A stretch of 41,768 nt of DNA, taken from positions 1-41,768 of the forward strand of contig NZ_JAUBUN010000017.1 of assembly GCF_036702665.1 (NCBI RefSeq), given 5' to 3'. Under the pieces are notes generated by a model. That model saw nothing but the letters and a program-made list of their open reading frames with translations. It did not search any database and was not told the origin of the DNA. The translations under genes and the position numbers were made by a program. Positions 7,171 to 16,365 of this stretch are shown piece after piece. The number at the start of each line of letters is the position of its first letter. The first letter of the stretch is position 1. Origin of the DNA: Microcoleus sp. Aus8_D2 (GTDB lineage: Bacteria; Cyanobacteriota; Cyanobacteriia; Cyanobacteriales; Microcoleaceae).

Positions 7171-10100
7171 TTAATCGCTAATCCAGGCGATATGAATACC
7201 CATGTGAGAGTCGGCGAGTTTGCGGGTGAAAGACGAAAGCGCATTTTCGCACGGGCACGAGTGCAAGATTAAGGCGATGTGCGGTTTTTGCAGCCGGTGT
7301 TTGAGTTGGGGGATTAATCGCTTGAATTCCGGGGCGTTGCGGATGGCGGGGATGTCTGTATCTGCGGGGAAGATTGTTTGATATAGTTGGGTACAGAGTT
7401 CTTGGGCGATCGGGCTTATATCGGTTTCGCCTTCTAACGCGCGAATGTTGAGGGGTACGGGGAAGGTTTTATCTGTGGGTTTGAGTTGTTTTAGGAGTGT
7501 GGGGATATCTGGATTTTGTGGGTGGTTGTCCGGTATTGGGGAATTGGTGGGTTGAGTGTGCCATGCTTGATAAAATTCTGGGTAAGTCTTGCTTTGGGCA
7601 CAGTCAGAGATGACGAGGCAGCACTTGTGATAAAGAGTAAAGTCGTTTTTGTAGATTTCGGAAGTTAGGCAATCTTTCAAACCAGAGACTGCGATCGCGA
7701 AGTGTTTATCTTTCATGATTTCACCTAAGCTATCTGCCGCTATACTACGGATATGTCTATCACCTGAATTGCTGATTAACTCGACTAAAGCGGCGATCGC
7801 ATCCGGGTTGTTTTTGCATATTTGCCCTAGGCTTACAGTCGCTCTCCTCCGGGTATTTTTATCCTGAAAAGTACCGATTAACTCGACTAAAGCTGAGAGC
7901 GCAACTGAGTTATCTTTTTCGATTTTTCCTAAGATATTTAGGGCATTTCTCCAGGTATTGTCATCCTCAGAAGTACCAATAAGCTCGTCGCAATTATCTA
8001 AATTTGCGAGTATCAGAGAGTTGTTTGTTACTGATTTTGACAAGCTATATGCCAATTTAATCATCGTATTGTCATCTTCAGAAGTAGCACTCAGTTCATC
8101 AAAATTTACAAGTATAACTAAGTTATTTATGTCAATTTTTCCTAAGCTATTTGCCGCTGTCATCCGGGTATTTTGTTCGCCTGAATTGCGAATTAACTTG
8201 ACTAACCCGGAGATTGCAACTGGGTTATCTTCACCTATTTCTCCTAAGCTTTTTGCCGCTTGCTTCCAAGTATCTTCATCCTGAGAACTACGGATTAACT
8301 CGACTAAAGCTTCGATCGCAACAGGGTTAGATTTGCCTATTGTTCCTAAGCTAGCTGCCGCCTCCCTCCGGGTATTTTCATCCTGAGAATTACGGATTAA
8401 CTCGACGAAAGCTTCGATCGCAACTGGATTATCTTTGCTTATTTCCCCTAATATATTTGCCGCTATCCACCGGGTTTTTTCATTACCTGAATTGCGGATT
8501 GACTCAACTAAAGCTACGATCGCCCTTTTCCGATCCGTCTCCTTCAGTATATCCCATGAACTCTCTGCCAGTGGAGCGATAAATGTTTGCCACTCCTGCT
8601 TTTCCTCATCAAAATAACCAAACCCCCACTTAATAACCTGCGACACAATCTCATCAGCAAAACTGCAATCCTTAAACTCAGCAATCCCCGCAGCCGCGAG
8701 AAAATATGCCCGATCTCCATAAAATTTACCACACCCATCCTCAAACTCAACCAACGCCTTAATAAACGCTTCCTTCTCCTCCTTCCCAACCTCCTCACGG
8801 CCCAACCACAGCAAAATAACCTCCTTCCACTGCTTCTCAAAAATCCGATATCGAGCATCAGGATGCTGCGGATTCCCAGGAAAATGATTCAAGAAAAAAT
8901 GCCAATCCTCAGCCGCCAACGCCGCAAAATATTCCTGAAAAGTCGGATGATAAAAAGCATAAATCCCTTCCGCCGTCTCCGCATCCCTCGCCACCAAATT
9001 CAGCCAACCCAAGCGGCAAGCTATCTCAAACTGCGATGCACCCATCACCCGATATCCCACACTTTCTCGTAACTGAAACCGATCCGTTTCATTTAACATC
9101 CCAGCCAGAGCCAATTTCCCCAAAGCCGCATTCAAATCCTGCTGCTGACTCCAATTCAGGCGCGGTTCCTTCCACTGATACAAAGCAGTCACAAACCGCC
9201 GATAAAGCTTAGCCTTAGTATCCGGCAAATCCCCATCCAACGACTGCCAAGTACCGCACAGCAGCGAACATCTCAGCGGATTTTTTACTAAGTCTTGAAT
9301 TCGCTCTTTCCCCGATGCTGCTAATGCTTCCCGTAGCTGTTGGGAAAGCACCCCCCCAGCCCCCCTTGCTAAGGGGGGAGTAAGAGTTTCTTCTGTATTT
9401 TGGGTTGGGATGGAGGGAGGAAGAACCCCCCCAGCCCCCCTTGCTAAGGGGGGAGTAAGAGTGTTCCCTTCTCCTGTCGCCTGCGTTGATAAACCACGAG
9501 CAAAAGTATCCCCTTCTTCTCTTGTCCCCCCCCTTAGCAAGGGGGGGTTAGGGGGGGTTCCAAACCACTTATCGATAAACATTTCCACCTGTTCGGGATA
9601 GGAAAACTCCAGAGTACGATAAGTATCAAAAGTATCCAAGGCAGAGCCGATCGCATCCCAAACATTCTGCCGACAACTTAGCACAATCCGCGCCCTTTGA
9701 ACACAGCCGCCCGTTCTAACTTGTCGCTGAATTTCCGCCAAAGGATTCCCATCACCCGCAGCCATCTCATCCGCGCCATCCAACACCAACCAAACCCGCT
9801 CAGCATTAAACTGTGCTAAAAAATCATCTTTAATATCCGCCGTCGCCTCAGCTTTCCCAACCCTCTTAATTGCCGCCAGCAACCAAGTATCAAATAAATA
9901 CGATTCTAAATCTTTCCCCTGCAAATCCGCCAAAGCAACCCAAATAACAATCGCCTCGGAAATTTCCTCCGCCACCCAATTAGCAATCTGCCGCAACAGC
10001 GTAGTTTTCCCCGCCCCCGGTTCCCCAATAATTGCTAACCGCTTCCCATTGCTCTTCGGGCTACTTCCTCCCCGCAAAACTTGCTCCAGAAACTCCTTAT

Positions 10101-10992
10101 TTTCAAAGGTTTGAGTTACTTCTTTTTCCCGGTACAAATCCGAACCTTCCTCCGCCGCCAAATCCTCCCGGCGCTGAGTCACTTTGTGCCGTTCAACCAA
10201 TCCCAGCGGCACATAAACATCATCAATTTGACGATCGCCAAAAGTTAGCTGATTGCTACTGAGCCGCTGCTGTTCTTTCTCGTCTAAAATCTGCTGACAA
10301 ATAGCCCGCCAGTCAATCGGTTGGTAAACAATGCGGCTCTTTTGCACAATCTCCTCAAGCCAAGCATACATCTCTTGGGTTGTGGTATCAATTCGCGTCA
10401 AAGTTTGCCCGGTGAATATCTGAAAAACCTTTTCATTTTCCTTGATTTCTTGAGCAAAGTATGCAGCCACCAAGGCAAACAACTCTTGCTCTAACTTCGT
10501 TTTGTAATGTGCGACATCGCAATTTTCGAGGGCAACTTCCAGCAATTTTTGCTCAACTGCTGCTACCCGATTCTGCTTTAACTCATCTGTGGCAGTCAGC
10601 AGCAATTCTATCTCATCTAAACCCTCAATCGGAATCCCAGACGGGACTGTTTCTTTATTAACCTGTTCTAAATCTAATTTGAGCTTTTCGAGCTTTCGTT
10701 TCAACCAATCAAAATCGCGCCGCCTGTCTTGCAGCGAATAGCTAAAACTCTCTCGGTTAGCGCTATTTTTCGGATCGATTTCCTGCTTGCATTCTGAGGC
10801 GATTTGCTGCTGAGCTTTCAGGAAAGATGTTTTCAGCGCTTTTTCTAAATCGTGATTGACAATTTTACCGTTTCGCGATATCTTTTTAATGCCTGTCAAA
10901 CAGAGATGTTTTGCTGCATCATTAACTTGAGTTCCTAGTATGCCTTGCCAAGCGACTGTGAAAAGCAAGCCCAAGGTAATCGGATCTGACAT
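7171..10992 (-). CDS. STAND-class NACHT NTPase with C-terminal HEAT/PBS-lyase repeats and an uncharacterised ~300-aa N-terminal domain.
   Basis: Walker A is AIIGEPGAGKTTLL. The NACHT-type Walker B is VWLVLDGADEM. The C-terminus has many tandem HEAT-like repeats (…NPVAIEALVELIRNS.DE.TRR.AA.SLG.IG…). The start is placed at the internal ATG 10992 (MSDPITLG) with GGAG 9 nt upstream. The ORF-track extension to 11130 is encoded by the tandem repeat. Confidence 0.85.
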   Translation of the reverse strand: MSDPITLGLLFTVAWQGILGTQVNDAAKHLCLTGIKKISRNGKIVNHDLEKALKTSFLKAQQQIASECKQEIDPKNSANRESFSYSLQDRRRDFDWLKRKLEKLKLDLEQVNKETVPSGIPIEGLDEIELLLTATDELKQNRVAAVEQKLLEVALENCDVAHYKTKLEQELFALVAAYFAQEIKENEKVFQIFTGQTLTRIDTTTQEMYAWLEEIVQKSRIVYQPIDWRAICQQILDEKEQQRLSSNQLTFGDRQIDDVYVPLGLVERHKVTQRREDLAAEEGSDLYREKEVTQTFENKEFLEQVLRGGSSPKSNGKRLAIIGEPGAGKTTLLRQIANWVAEEISEAIVIWVALADLQGKDLESYLFDTWLLAAIKRVGKAEATADIKDDFLAQFNAERVWLVLDGADEMAAGDGNPLAEIQRQVRTGGCVQRARIVLSCRQNVWDAIGSALDTFDTYRTLEFSYPEQVEMFIDKWFGTPPNPPLLRGGTREEGDTFARGLSTQATGEGNTLTPPLARGAGGVLPPSIPTQNTEETLTPPLARGAGGVLSQQLREALAASGKERIQDLVKNPLRCSLLCGTWQSLDGDLPDTKAKLYRRFVTALYQWKEPRLNWSQQQDLNAALGKLALAGMLNETDRFQLRESVGYRVMGASQFEIACRLGWLNLVARDAETAEGIYAFYHPTFQEYFAALAAEDWHFFLNHFPGNPQHPDARYRIFEKQWKEVILLWLGREEVGKEEKEAFIKALVEFEDGCGKFYGDRAYFLAAAGIAEFKDCSFADEIVSQVIKWGFGYFDEEKQEWQTFIAPLAESSWDILKETDRKRAIVALVESIRNSGNEKTRWIAANILGEISKDNPVAIEAFVELIRNSQDENTRREAAASLGTIGKSNPVAIEALVELIRSSQDEDTWKQAAKSLGEIGEDNPVAISGLVKLIRNSGEQNTRMTAANSLGKIDINNLVILVNFDELSATSEDDNTMIKLAYSLSKSVTNNSLILANLDNCDELIGTSEDDNTWRNALNILGKIEKDNSVALSALVELIGTFQDKNTRRRATVSLGQICKNNPDAIAALVELISNSGDRHIRSIAADSLGEIMKDKHFAIAVSGLKDCLTSEIYKNDFTLYHKCCLVISDCAQSKTYPEFYQAWHTQPTNSPIPDNHPQNPDIPTLLKQLKPTDKTFPVPLNIRALEGETDISPIAQELCTQLYQTIFPADTDIPAIRNAPEFKRLIPQLKHRLQKPHIALILHSCPCENALSSFTRKLADSHMGIHIAWISD
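9348..9560. repeat. Intragenic palindromic repeat insertions in the NACHT gene. CCCCCC(AGCCCCCC)TTGCTAAGGGGGG occurs as two direct copies (9348-9386 and 9425-9462) plus one opposite-orientation copy (CCCCCCCCTTAGCAAGGGGGGG, 9527-9548).
   Basis: Read directly. They are translated in-frame as TPPLARGAGGVL (twice) and PPLLRGG, between the NACHT and HEAT modules. Confidence 0.8.
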
Positions 10993-11031
10993 TTGACGGT
11001 TCTCCTGATGCGCTGCTCGAAGCGGGTTAGT

Positions 11032-11360
11032 TTGATTGTAGGCGATCGACTTTAGTGGCGATCGGGCGAGTTGACAGGTGCGTCGCTTTGAGATTTTCGA
11101 TGTTTGGCTAAGGATTTTCTGTGGCGACACACCCGAATACTTGATTGTAGGCGATCGACTTTATTGGCGATCGGGCGAGTTCACAGGTGCGTCGCTTTGA
11201 GATTTTTCATGTTTGGCTAAGGATTTTTTGTGGCGACACACCCGAATACTTGATTGTAGGCGATCGACTTTATTGGCGATCGGGCGAGTTGACAGGTGCG
11301 GAGCTTTGAGATTTTCGATATTTAGTTAGGGATTCTTCGCAGGCGACACACCCTACGATT
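11032..11360. repeat. Tandem direct repeat of 3 x ~109 bp, each unit containing HIP1-like GGCGATCG motifs. It lies between the HTH regulator gene and the NACHT gene.
   Basis: Units start at 11032, 11141 and 11250 and are >90% identical (TTGATTGTAGGCGATCGACTTTA(G/T)TGGCGATCGGGCGAGTT(G/C)ACAGGTGCG...). Confidence 0.85.
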
Positions 11361-11465
11361 ACTACCGTGTCCGAATTTCGGGGCAATTGTTGATCCGATT
11401 TAAAACTGCTATAATTTCGACAAAAAGGTCGATCGCAAAAACAAAACTCGATCGCCAAAAAGCAC

Positions 11466-11684
11466 CTACTTTTCCATGATGATCACAAAATCCTCAATCA
11501 GCACATCAAAGGTGCGGGCCAACTTGTACACTGCCGCAAAGTCAACCATCGCCATCCCCTGAGAGCGGGCATAATTGCTAATCGTACTGTAGCCGACGCC
11601 CGATCGCTCCGCAACCTCCTTCAGCGTCCATCCCTTCTCGGCCGCCAACTCTCGAACCCGCAACCTGACTAAACCTTTACTCAT
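11466..11684 (-). CDS. XRE/Cro-C1-family helix-turn-helix transcriptional regulator (72 aa)
   Basis: Canonical HTH_XRE segment LRELAAEKGWTLKEVAERSGVGYSTISNYARS. Confidence 0.85.
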   Translation of the reverse strand: MSKGLVRLRVRELAAEKGWTLKEVAERSGVGYSTISNYARSQGMAMVDFAAVYKLARTFDVLIEDFVIIMEK

Positions 11685-11849
11685 ATAAACTATTTACAAA
11701 ATTTTGGATTTAGTATAATATAGCAAAAAGCGATCGCCCCCGGTCAGCGAAACTAAAGGCGATCGCCTGTTAAAATTAATTCTGACAGATAATTTCAGTC
11801 GGTCGCACCTAGCAGATAGATTGAGCTACCACCACCAGATGCAACTACA

Positions 11850-12320
11850 ATGATATCAGAGAATCAGTTAAGGTCGTCAGCGATCGGCGCCTCAAAAATT
11901 ATTCACAAATCGTCAATAGTCAATCCGCGATCGAGATTTGTCACCGAAGAAACAGTAGCACTTTTGTTCAACATCACGCCCGACCAAATTTACCGAATCG
12001 AATGCTGTCACAACATGGTGTACGTACACGCCAAAGGCCTGAGTAGATTTGTCAGCTACGCCGATTTCCCCCCAATCTTAGAAGTAAAACCAGCCTGCGC
12101 TCAAGATTTTCTCGGCTGGTACAAACGCTGGAAACGCACCCAAGCACCAGAATTTTGGACTAAATTCTATACGTACAACTTCAAAGCCGCTGTTTCAGTT
12201 GACAGCTTGCTGGAATGGGGTACATTAGTCGCTACAGTTAAATCGGTAATTTCTGCCTCAGCACTGCAACAACTACGAGATGTTTACGCTCAAGAAAAAA
12301 CCTTAATGGAAAGTTTCTAA
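11850..12320 (+). CDS. Hypothetical protein (156 aa), divergent from the HTH gene
   Basis: ORF with no recognisable family. The start may lie at an internal Met. Confidence 0.35.
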   Translation: MISENQLRSSAIGASKIIHKSSIVNPRSRFVTEETVALLFNITPDQIYRIECCHNMVYVHAKGLSRFVSYADFPPILEVKPACAQDFLGWYKRWKRTQAPEFWTKFYTYNFKAAVSVDSLLEWGTLVATVKSVISASALQQLRDVYAQEKTLMESF

Positions 12321-12418
12321 AGCAGGCGGGGCGAGCAAACGCGCGATTGTTGGCTGCGAGTTTTGTAAGGTGCGCATAGCGCACCCTACAGGATAGATAT
12401 TATCCTCAAAACTCTTTC

Positions 12419-13807
12419 TTATCTTCCAATCCCTACATATTGGAAACCAGCAGCTTCTAAAACCTTCTTGTCCAAGAAATTGCGGCCGTCAATCATCACT
12501 GCATGAGCCATCAATTTGGCCATTTTATCGTAATCTAAATTACGAAACTGTTCCCAGTCAGTCACCAACACCAAAGCATCGCAACCATCAGCCAACCTTT
12601 CCGGATCGGTTTCCACCAAAACACCGGACAAACCGTGACGCATCCCAGTTTGAGAAACAATCGGATCGTAAGCTTTAACTTTCGCTCCCAATCTGTTCAA
12701 ATTATCGATTAAATTCAGCGCTGGGGCATCCCGCAAATCGTCAGTATCCGGCTTGAAAGTCAAACCCAAAAGTCCGACTGTTTTACCTTTGAGAATCTTC
12801 AAAACTTGCTGCAACTTTTCAATTGCAATCAAGCGCTGGCGTTCGTTAACTTCCACCGCCGCTTTCAGCAAATGCGCCTCGTAGCCGTAATCCTCAGCAG
12901 TGTGAACTAATGCCGAGACATCTTTGGGGAAACAAGAACCGCCCCAACCGATACCAGCCTGCAAAAACTTGCCGCCAATTCGCGAATCTAAACCGATACC
13001 TTTGGCTACTTGGGTAACATCTGCGCCGACACGATCGCAAATATTAGCCACTTCATTGATAAAGCTAATCTTAGTCGCCAAAAAAGCATTAGCTGCGTAC
13101 TTAATCATCTCCGCCGAACTGATATCAGTCATCACTACAGGTACCACAGGCAAAGACGGATTTTCTGCAAACTTGCGATCGACAATTGGCGTGTATAATT
13201 GTAGCATCATATCCATCGCCCGCTGAGAGTTGCTGCCGAGAACAATGCGATCGGGATTAAACGTATCGAAAACCGCGCAACCCTCCCGCAAAAACTCTGG
13301 ATTGCTAACCACATCAAAATCAGCACCTATTTTTGCTGCTACTTCCTCACCTGTAACGCCCTCACCGCTTTGAGCTTTTTGACGTTCAGCCAAACCGTCT
13401 AATACAATCCTCCGCACCCAATCCCCCGAACCGATGGGTACAGTTGATTTGTTTACGATCACTTTGTAATCGCCGTCGAGATGAGCGCCAATGCCGCGCG
13501 CAACCGCTTCCACGTAGCGAGTATCGCTTTCTCCAGTGGGCAAAGGAGGAGTCCCTACCGCAATGAATAAAATCTCCCCGTGAGCCACTCCTGCTGCTAA
13601 ATCTGAAGTAAATTCTAGATTTCCCGATTGAGAAGCAGAGGACATTAATTCAGACAGTCCGGGTTCAAAAATAGGAGACTGTCCGGACTTCATTAATTTA
13701 ACTTTTTCTTCGTTGTTGTCTACACAAATGACATGATGTCCGATGTGGGCCAAGCAAGTGCCGGTGACTAAGCCAACGTATCCTGTACCGATGACGCAAA
13801 CACGCAT
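12419..13807 (-). CDS. ugd: UDP-glucose 6-dehydrogenase
   Basis: The N-terminal Rossmann motif is [16 protein letters not shown]. The catalytic-region motif GGSCFPKD and the overall ~460-aa architecture fit the family. The start is set at ATG 13807 with a GAGGAG RBS. The upstream extension PIPNSQF x3 is an artefact of the heptamer repeat. Confidence 0.92.
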   Translation of the reverse strand: MRVCVIGTGYVGLVTGTCLAHIGHHVICVDNNEEKVKLMKSGQSPIFEPGLSELMSSASQSGNLEFTSDLAAGVAHGEILFIAVGTPPLPTGESDTRYVEAVARGIGAHLDGDYKVIVNKSTVPIGSGDWVRRIVLDGLAERQKAQSGEGVTGEEVAAKIGADFDVVSNPEFLREGCAVFDTFNPDRIVLGSNSQRAMDMMLQLYTPIVDRKFAENPSLPVVPVVMTDISSAEMIKYAANAFLATKISFINEVANICDRVGADVTQVAKGIGLDSRIGGKFLQAGIGWGGSCFPKDVSALVHTAEDYGYEAHLLKAAVEVNERQRLIAIEKLQQVLKILKGKTVGLLGLTFKPDTDDLRDAPALNLIDNLNRLGAKVKAYDPIVSQTGMRHGLSGVLVETDPERLADGCDALVLVTDWEQFRNLDYDKMAKLMAHAVMIDGRNFLDKKVLEAAGFQYVGIGR

Positions 13808-13843
13808 AGAAATCTCCTCAAAGTTAGTAAATAAATCAGGTAG

Positions 13844-13912
13844 GAATGGGAATTGGGAATCGGGAATTGGGAATTGGGAATTGGGAATTGGGAATTGGGA
13901 ATTGGGAATTGG
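13844..13912. repeat. Heptanucleotide tandem repeat (GGGAATT)n of about 10 units (one GGGAATC variant), STRR-like. It sits 40-105 nt upstream of the ugd start.
   Basis: Read directly. Confidence 0.9.
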
Positions 13913-13972
13913 TATAGTCCTCAATTATGAATTGCGAACAATTTGTAGGGGTAGTGCCTCGCCGTGCCTACC

Positions 13973-14027
13973 CTCTTCTGCAGCAGCAGGGGGCAACCAC
14001 TCTTCTGCAGCAGCAGGGGGCAACCAC
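13973..14027. repeat. Tandem duplication (2 x 27-28 bp) CTCTTCTGCAGCAGCAGGGGGCAACCAC in the uxs-ugd intergenic region
   Basis: Read directly. Confidence 0.85.
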
Positions 14028-14057
14028 GGGGGGAAAGCCCCTACAATCCCCCAGTAT

Positions 14058-14996
14058 CTACTTTTGGTTTCCCTCGATACGATCGCGAAAATCTTTCACA
14101 GTCAACTCTAAACCTTGATCCAGCGGAATAGTTGGCTCCCACCCCAACCAACTTTTAGCACGAGTAATATCCGGTTGTCGCTGTTTTGGATCGTCTTGTG
14201 GCAGCGGTTTGAAGATGATTTCCGCCCCAGGATTAATCATGTTTTGAATTTTCTGGGCCAGTTCCAAGATAGTGTATTCGCCGGGATTCCCCAAATTCAT
14301 CGGCCCGATTTCGTCGCTATTCATCAAGCGCATAAATCCTTCCACCAAATCAGAAACGTAGCAAAAACTCCGTGTTTGGGAACCATCGCCATACACAGTC
14401 AGCGGTTGATTGCGCAAAGCTTGAACAATAAAATTGCTGACAACTCGGCCATCATTTTCTAACATTCGCGGGCCGTAGGTATTAAAAATTCGTACAACTC
14501 GAATGTCTACCCCATTTTGGCGGTGGTAGTCAAAAGATAGGGTTTCAGCTACTCGCTTCCCCTCGTCGTAACAGCTCCGAATACCGATACAATTAACGTT
14601 GCCGCGATAGTCTTCTGTTTGGGGATGGACATCCGGATCGCCGTAAACTTCTGATGTGGAAGCCAGAAAAAATCTTGCTTTTACCCGTTTCGCCAATCCC
14701 AGCATATTTAGTGTCCCGATGACATTCGTTTTGATTGTCTTGACGGGGTTGAACTGATAGTGTACTGGCGAAGCCGGACAAGCCAGATGGTAAATCTGAT
14801 CTACCTCTAACCGAATGGGTTCCGTGATGTCGTGGCGGATCAGCTCAAAATAGGGGTTGTCCAGCCATTTGAGGATATTGCGCTTAGTCCCGGTGTAAAA
14901 GTTATCCAGGCAGACTACCTCGTGTCCTTGGGCCATTAAGCGATCGATCAGATGGGAACCGATGAAACCCGCACCGCCTGTGACTAAAATTCTCAT
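14058..14996 (-). CDS. uxs: UDP-glucuronate decarboxylase (UDP-xylose synthase, SDR family)
   Basis: [41 protein letters not shown]... is the characteristic UXS N-terminus. The catalytic YDEGKR (YxxxK) is present. Confidence 0.9.
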   Translation of the reverse strand: MRILVTGGAGFIGSHLIDRLMAQGHEVVCLDNFYTGTKRNILKWLDNPYFELIRHDITEPIRLEVDQIYHLACPASPVHYQFNPVKTIKTNVIGTLNMLGLAKRVKARFFLASTSEVYGDPDVHPQTEDYRGNVNCIGIRSCYDEGKRVAETLSFDYHRQNGVDIRVVRIFNTYGPRMLENDGRVVSNFIVQALRNQPLTVYGDGSQTRSFCYVSDLVEGFMRLMNSDEIGPMNLGNPGEYTILELAQKIQNMINPGAEIIFKPLPQDDPKQRQPDITRAKSWLGWEPTIPLDQGLELTVKDFRDRIEGNQK

Positions 14997-16365
14997 GGGG
15001 GAAACTGCCGTTCTGTTTAGAGTGCAAGACTGTGGTACAATAATTCAGTCGATCGAATCAAACTTGCTAATACAATAACAAAATTTAGAGCGACAATGTA
15101 AAGACTTATCCGCAACCTTCATACAATCTTTAATTAACTTAGCATTTTAAAATATATTCACCTGAGTGCGATCGACACTGGAGCTAAGCTCGTTAATTTT
15201 ACGGAGACTTCGATATTTTTCCAACAATACTCTTGACACGATCTTCAAAGTGAATATATAATATATTTTTATTTTAAAAAAATATAGTTAGCCAACAGAA
15301 CCTATTGTAGCGTGAGTTGGGTGAGGCGATGGAATGGGGTAACAAATAGATAAATCTTAACCGCGCCGCCACCCACCCACATTCTGATGCAGTTAAAGGC
15401 AGAAAGAGAAGTCAATTTGGCGAACAATGCTCAAATATCTCATGGATGAAAATGTTGATCTAGTTTAGATCGACCAAAGTAGAAGCGTATAATGTTGTGC
15501 AGTCCACGGCGATCGACTCGAAGACAGACACCTACCCAAGCTTTACCCAGCACAGATGAAGGCGCTGTGTGACTTACTGAAGTTCTCGATCGCCGATTTG
15601 GTAGAATAGTCTGGGGAGTTGAGGCGGGGTGGGTTGGGCAATTCAGCCTTGGGGGATAGCTGGGCCGCGCGTACTTTTGCGAGGGCTAATCAATAACAGG
15701 GCGATGCCCTACGGGATGCTGCGCCGCGCGTACTTTTTTGAGAACATGACGGGCGATCGCATCTAATACCAGTTTCCCCAAAAATAATGCAACTGTAGGC
15801 TCCTGCTCCGAACCCTTATGCAGTAAGTGATTCCCCATTATTCAATTCTTTAATATCCATTCTTTAATCTCAAATCTAAATTGGTATAACCCTATCCTCA
15901 AGTCTCAAGTTATACCAATTTTCATGCATTAATGCAACAGTATATGTAGGGTGTGGAGCCATCGACAATCTCTAAAAAAGAGTGAAAATCTAATAGCTCC
16001 GCACCTTACACATTAGGTGAACGAAACAAACCCCAAAATTTTATTGTTGCAACATTTTTTCACGCATGGTATTAGATGCTCCCGTCAAGTCCTTAGCTAG
16101 AAGTGATAAAAATCTCAAAATTTCTCAATATACAATAGAATGGTGTAACTTGGCGGGCACTTATCAAATCAATACTCCGGACTGTTTTGAGATTAGCCGC
16201 TAAAACCCGCATTCTACCGTTAATATTTCTGATTCTGATGAAACTGAAACCCTCATTCTACCGTTGGCGATCGCAAACTGTCCGGACTATTGTTATCAAA
16301 TAAAAATGCGTGCTAAAATACTGCATCAGTTACCAGAAATATTTTTAGCAAAGGAGGATGAGCAA

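Noticed and set aside
7958-9072. Several 60-160-aa ORFs (7958-8284, 8435-8617, 8544-8858, 8587-9072) within or antisense to the NACHT-HEAT gene
   Set aside because: They are embedded in a continuous 1273-codon gene with a clear HEAT-repeat periodicity on the other frame or strand. They are repeat-derived shadow ORFs.
10993-11130. N-terminal 46-codon extension of the NACHT ORF
   Set aside because: It is encoded entirely by tandem-repeat unit 1. The internal ATG at 10992 has a GGAG RBS and begins the hydrophobic N-terminus.
12377-12395. Perfect 7-bp stem hairpin GGTGCGC-ATA-GCGCACC downstream of ugd and of the 11850-12320 ORF, as a terminator
   Set aside because: There is no U-tract on either strand, so it is not a canonical intrinsic terminator. 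It may be a processing or protein-binding site. It is not called as a feature.
12924-13226. Plus-strand ORFs antisense to ugd
   Set aside because: Shadow ORFs inside a high-confidence gene.
11032-13912. Possible CRISPR array (tandem repeats at 11032-11360 and 13844-13912)
   Set aside because: The units are directly contiguous with no unique spacers, the unit sizes are 109 bp and 7 bp, and there are no cas genes. They are simple tandem repeats.
13808-13924. N-terminal extension of ugd ([18 protein letters not shown]…)
   Set aside because: It is a translation of the (GGGAATT)n heptamer array. The canonical Rossmann N-terminus [12 protein letters not shown] starts at 13807 with GAGGAG upstream.
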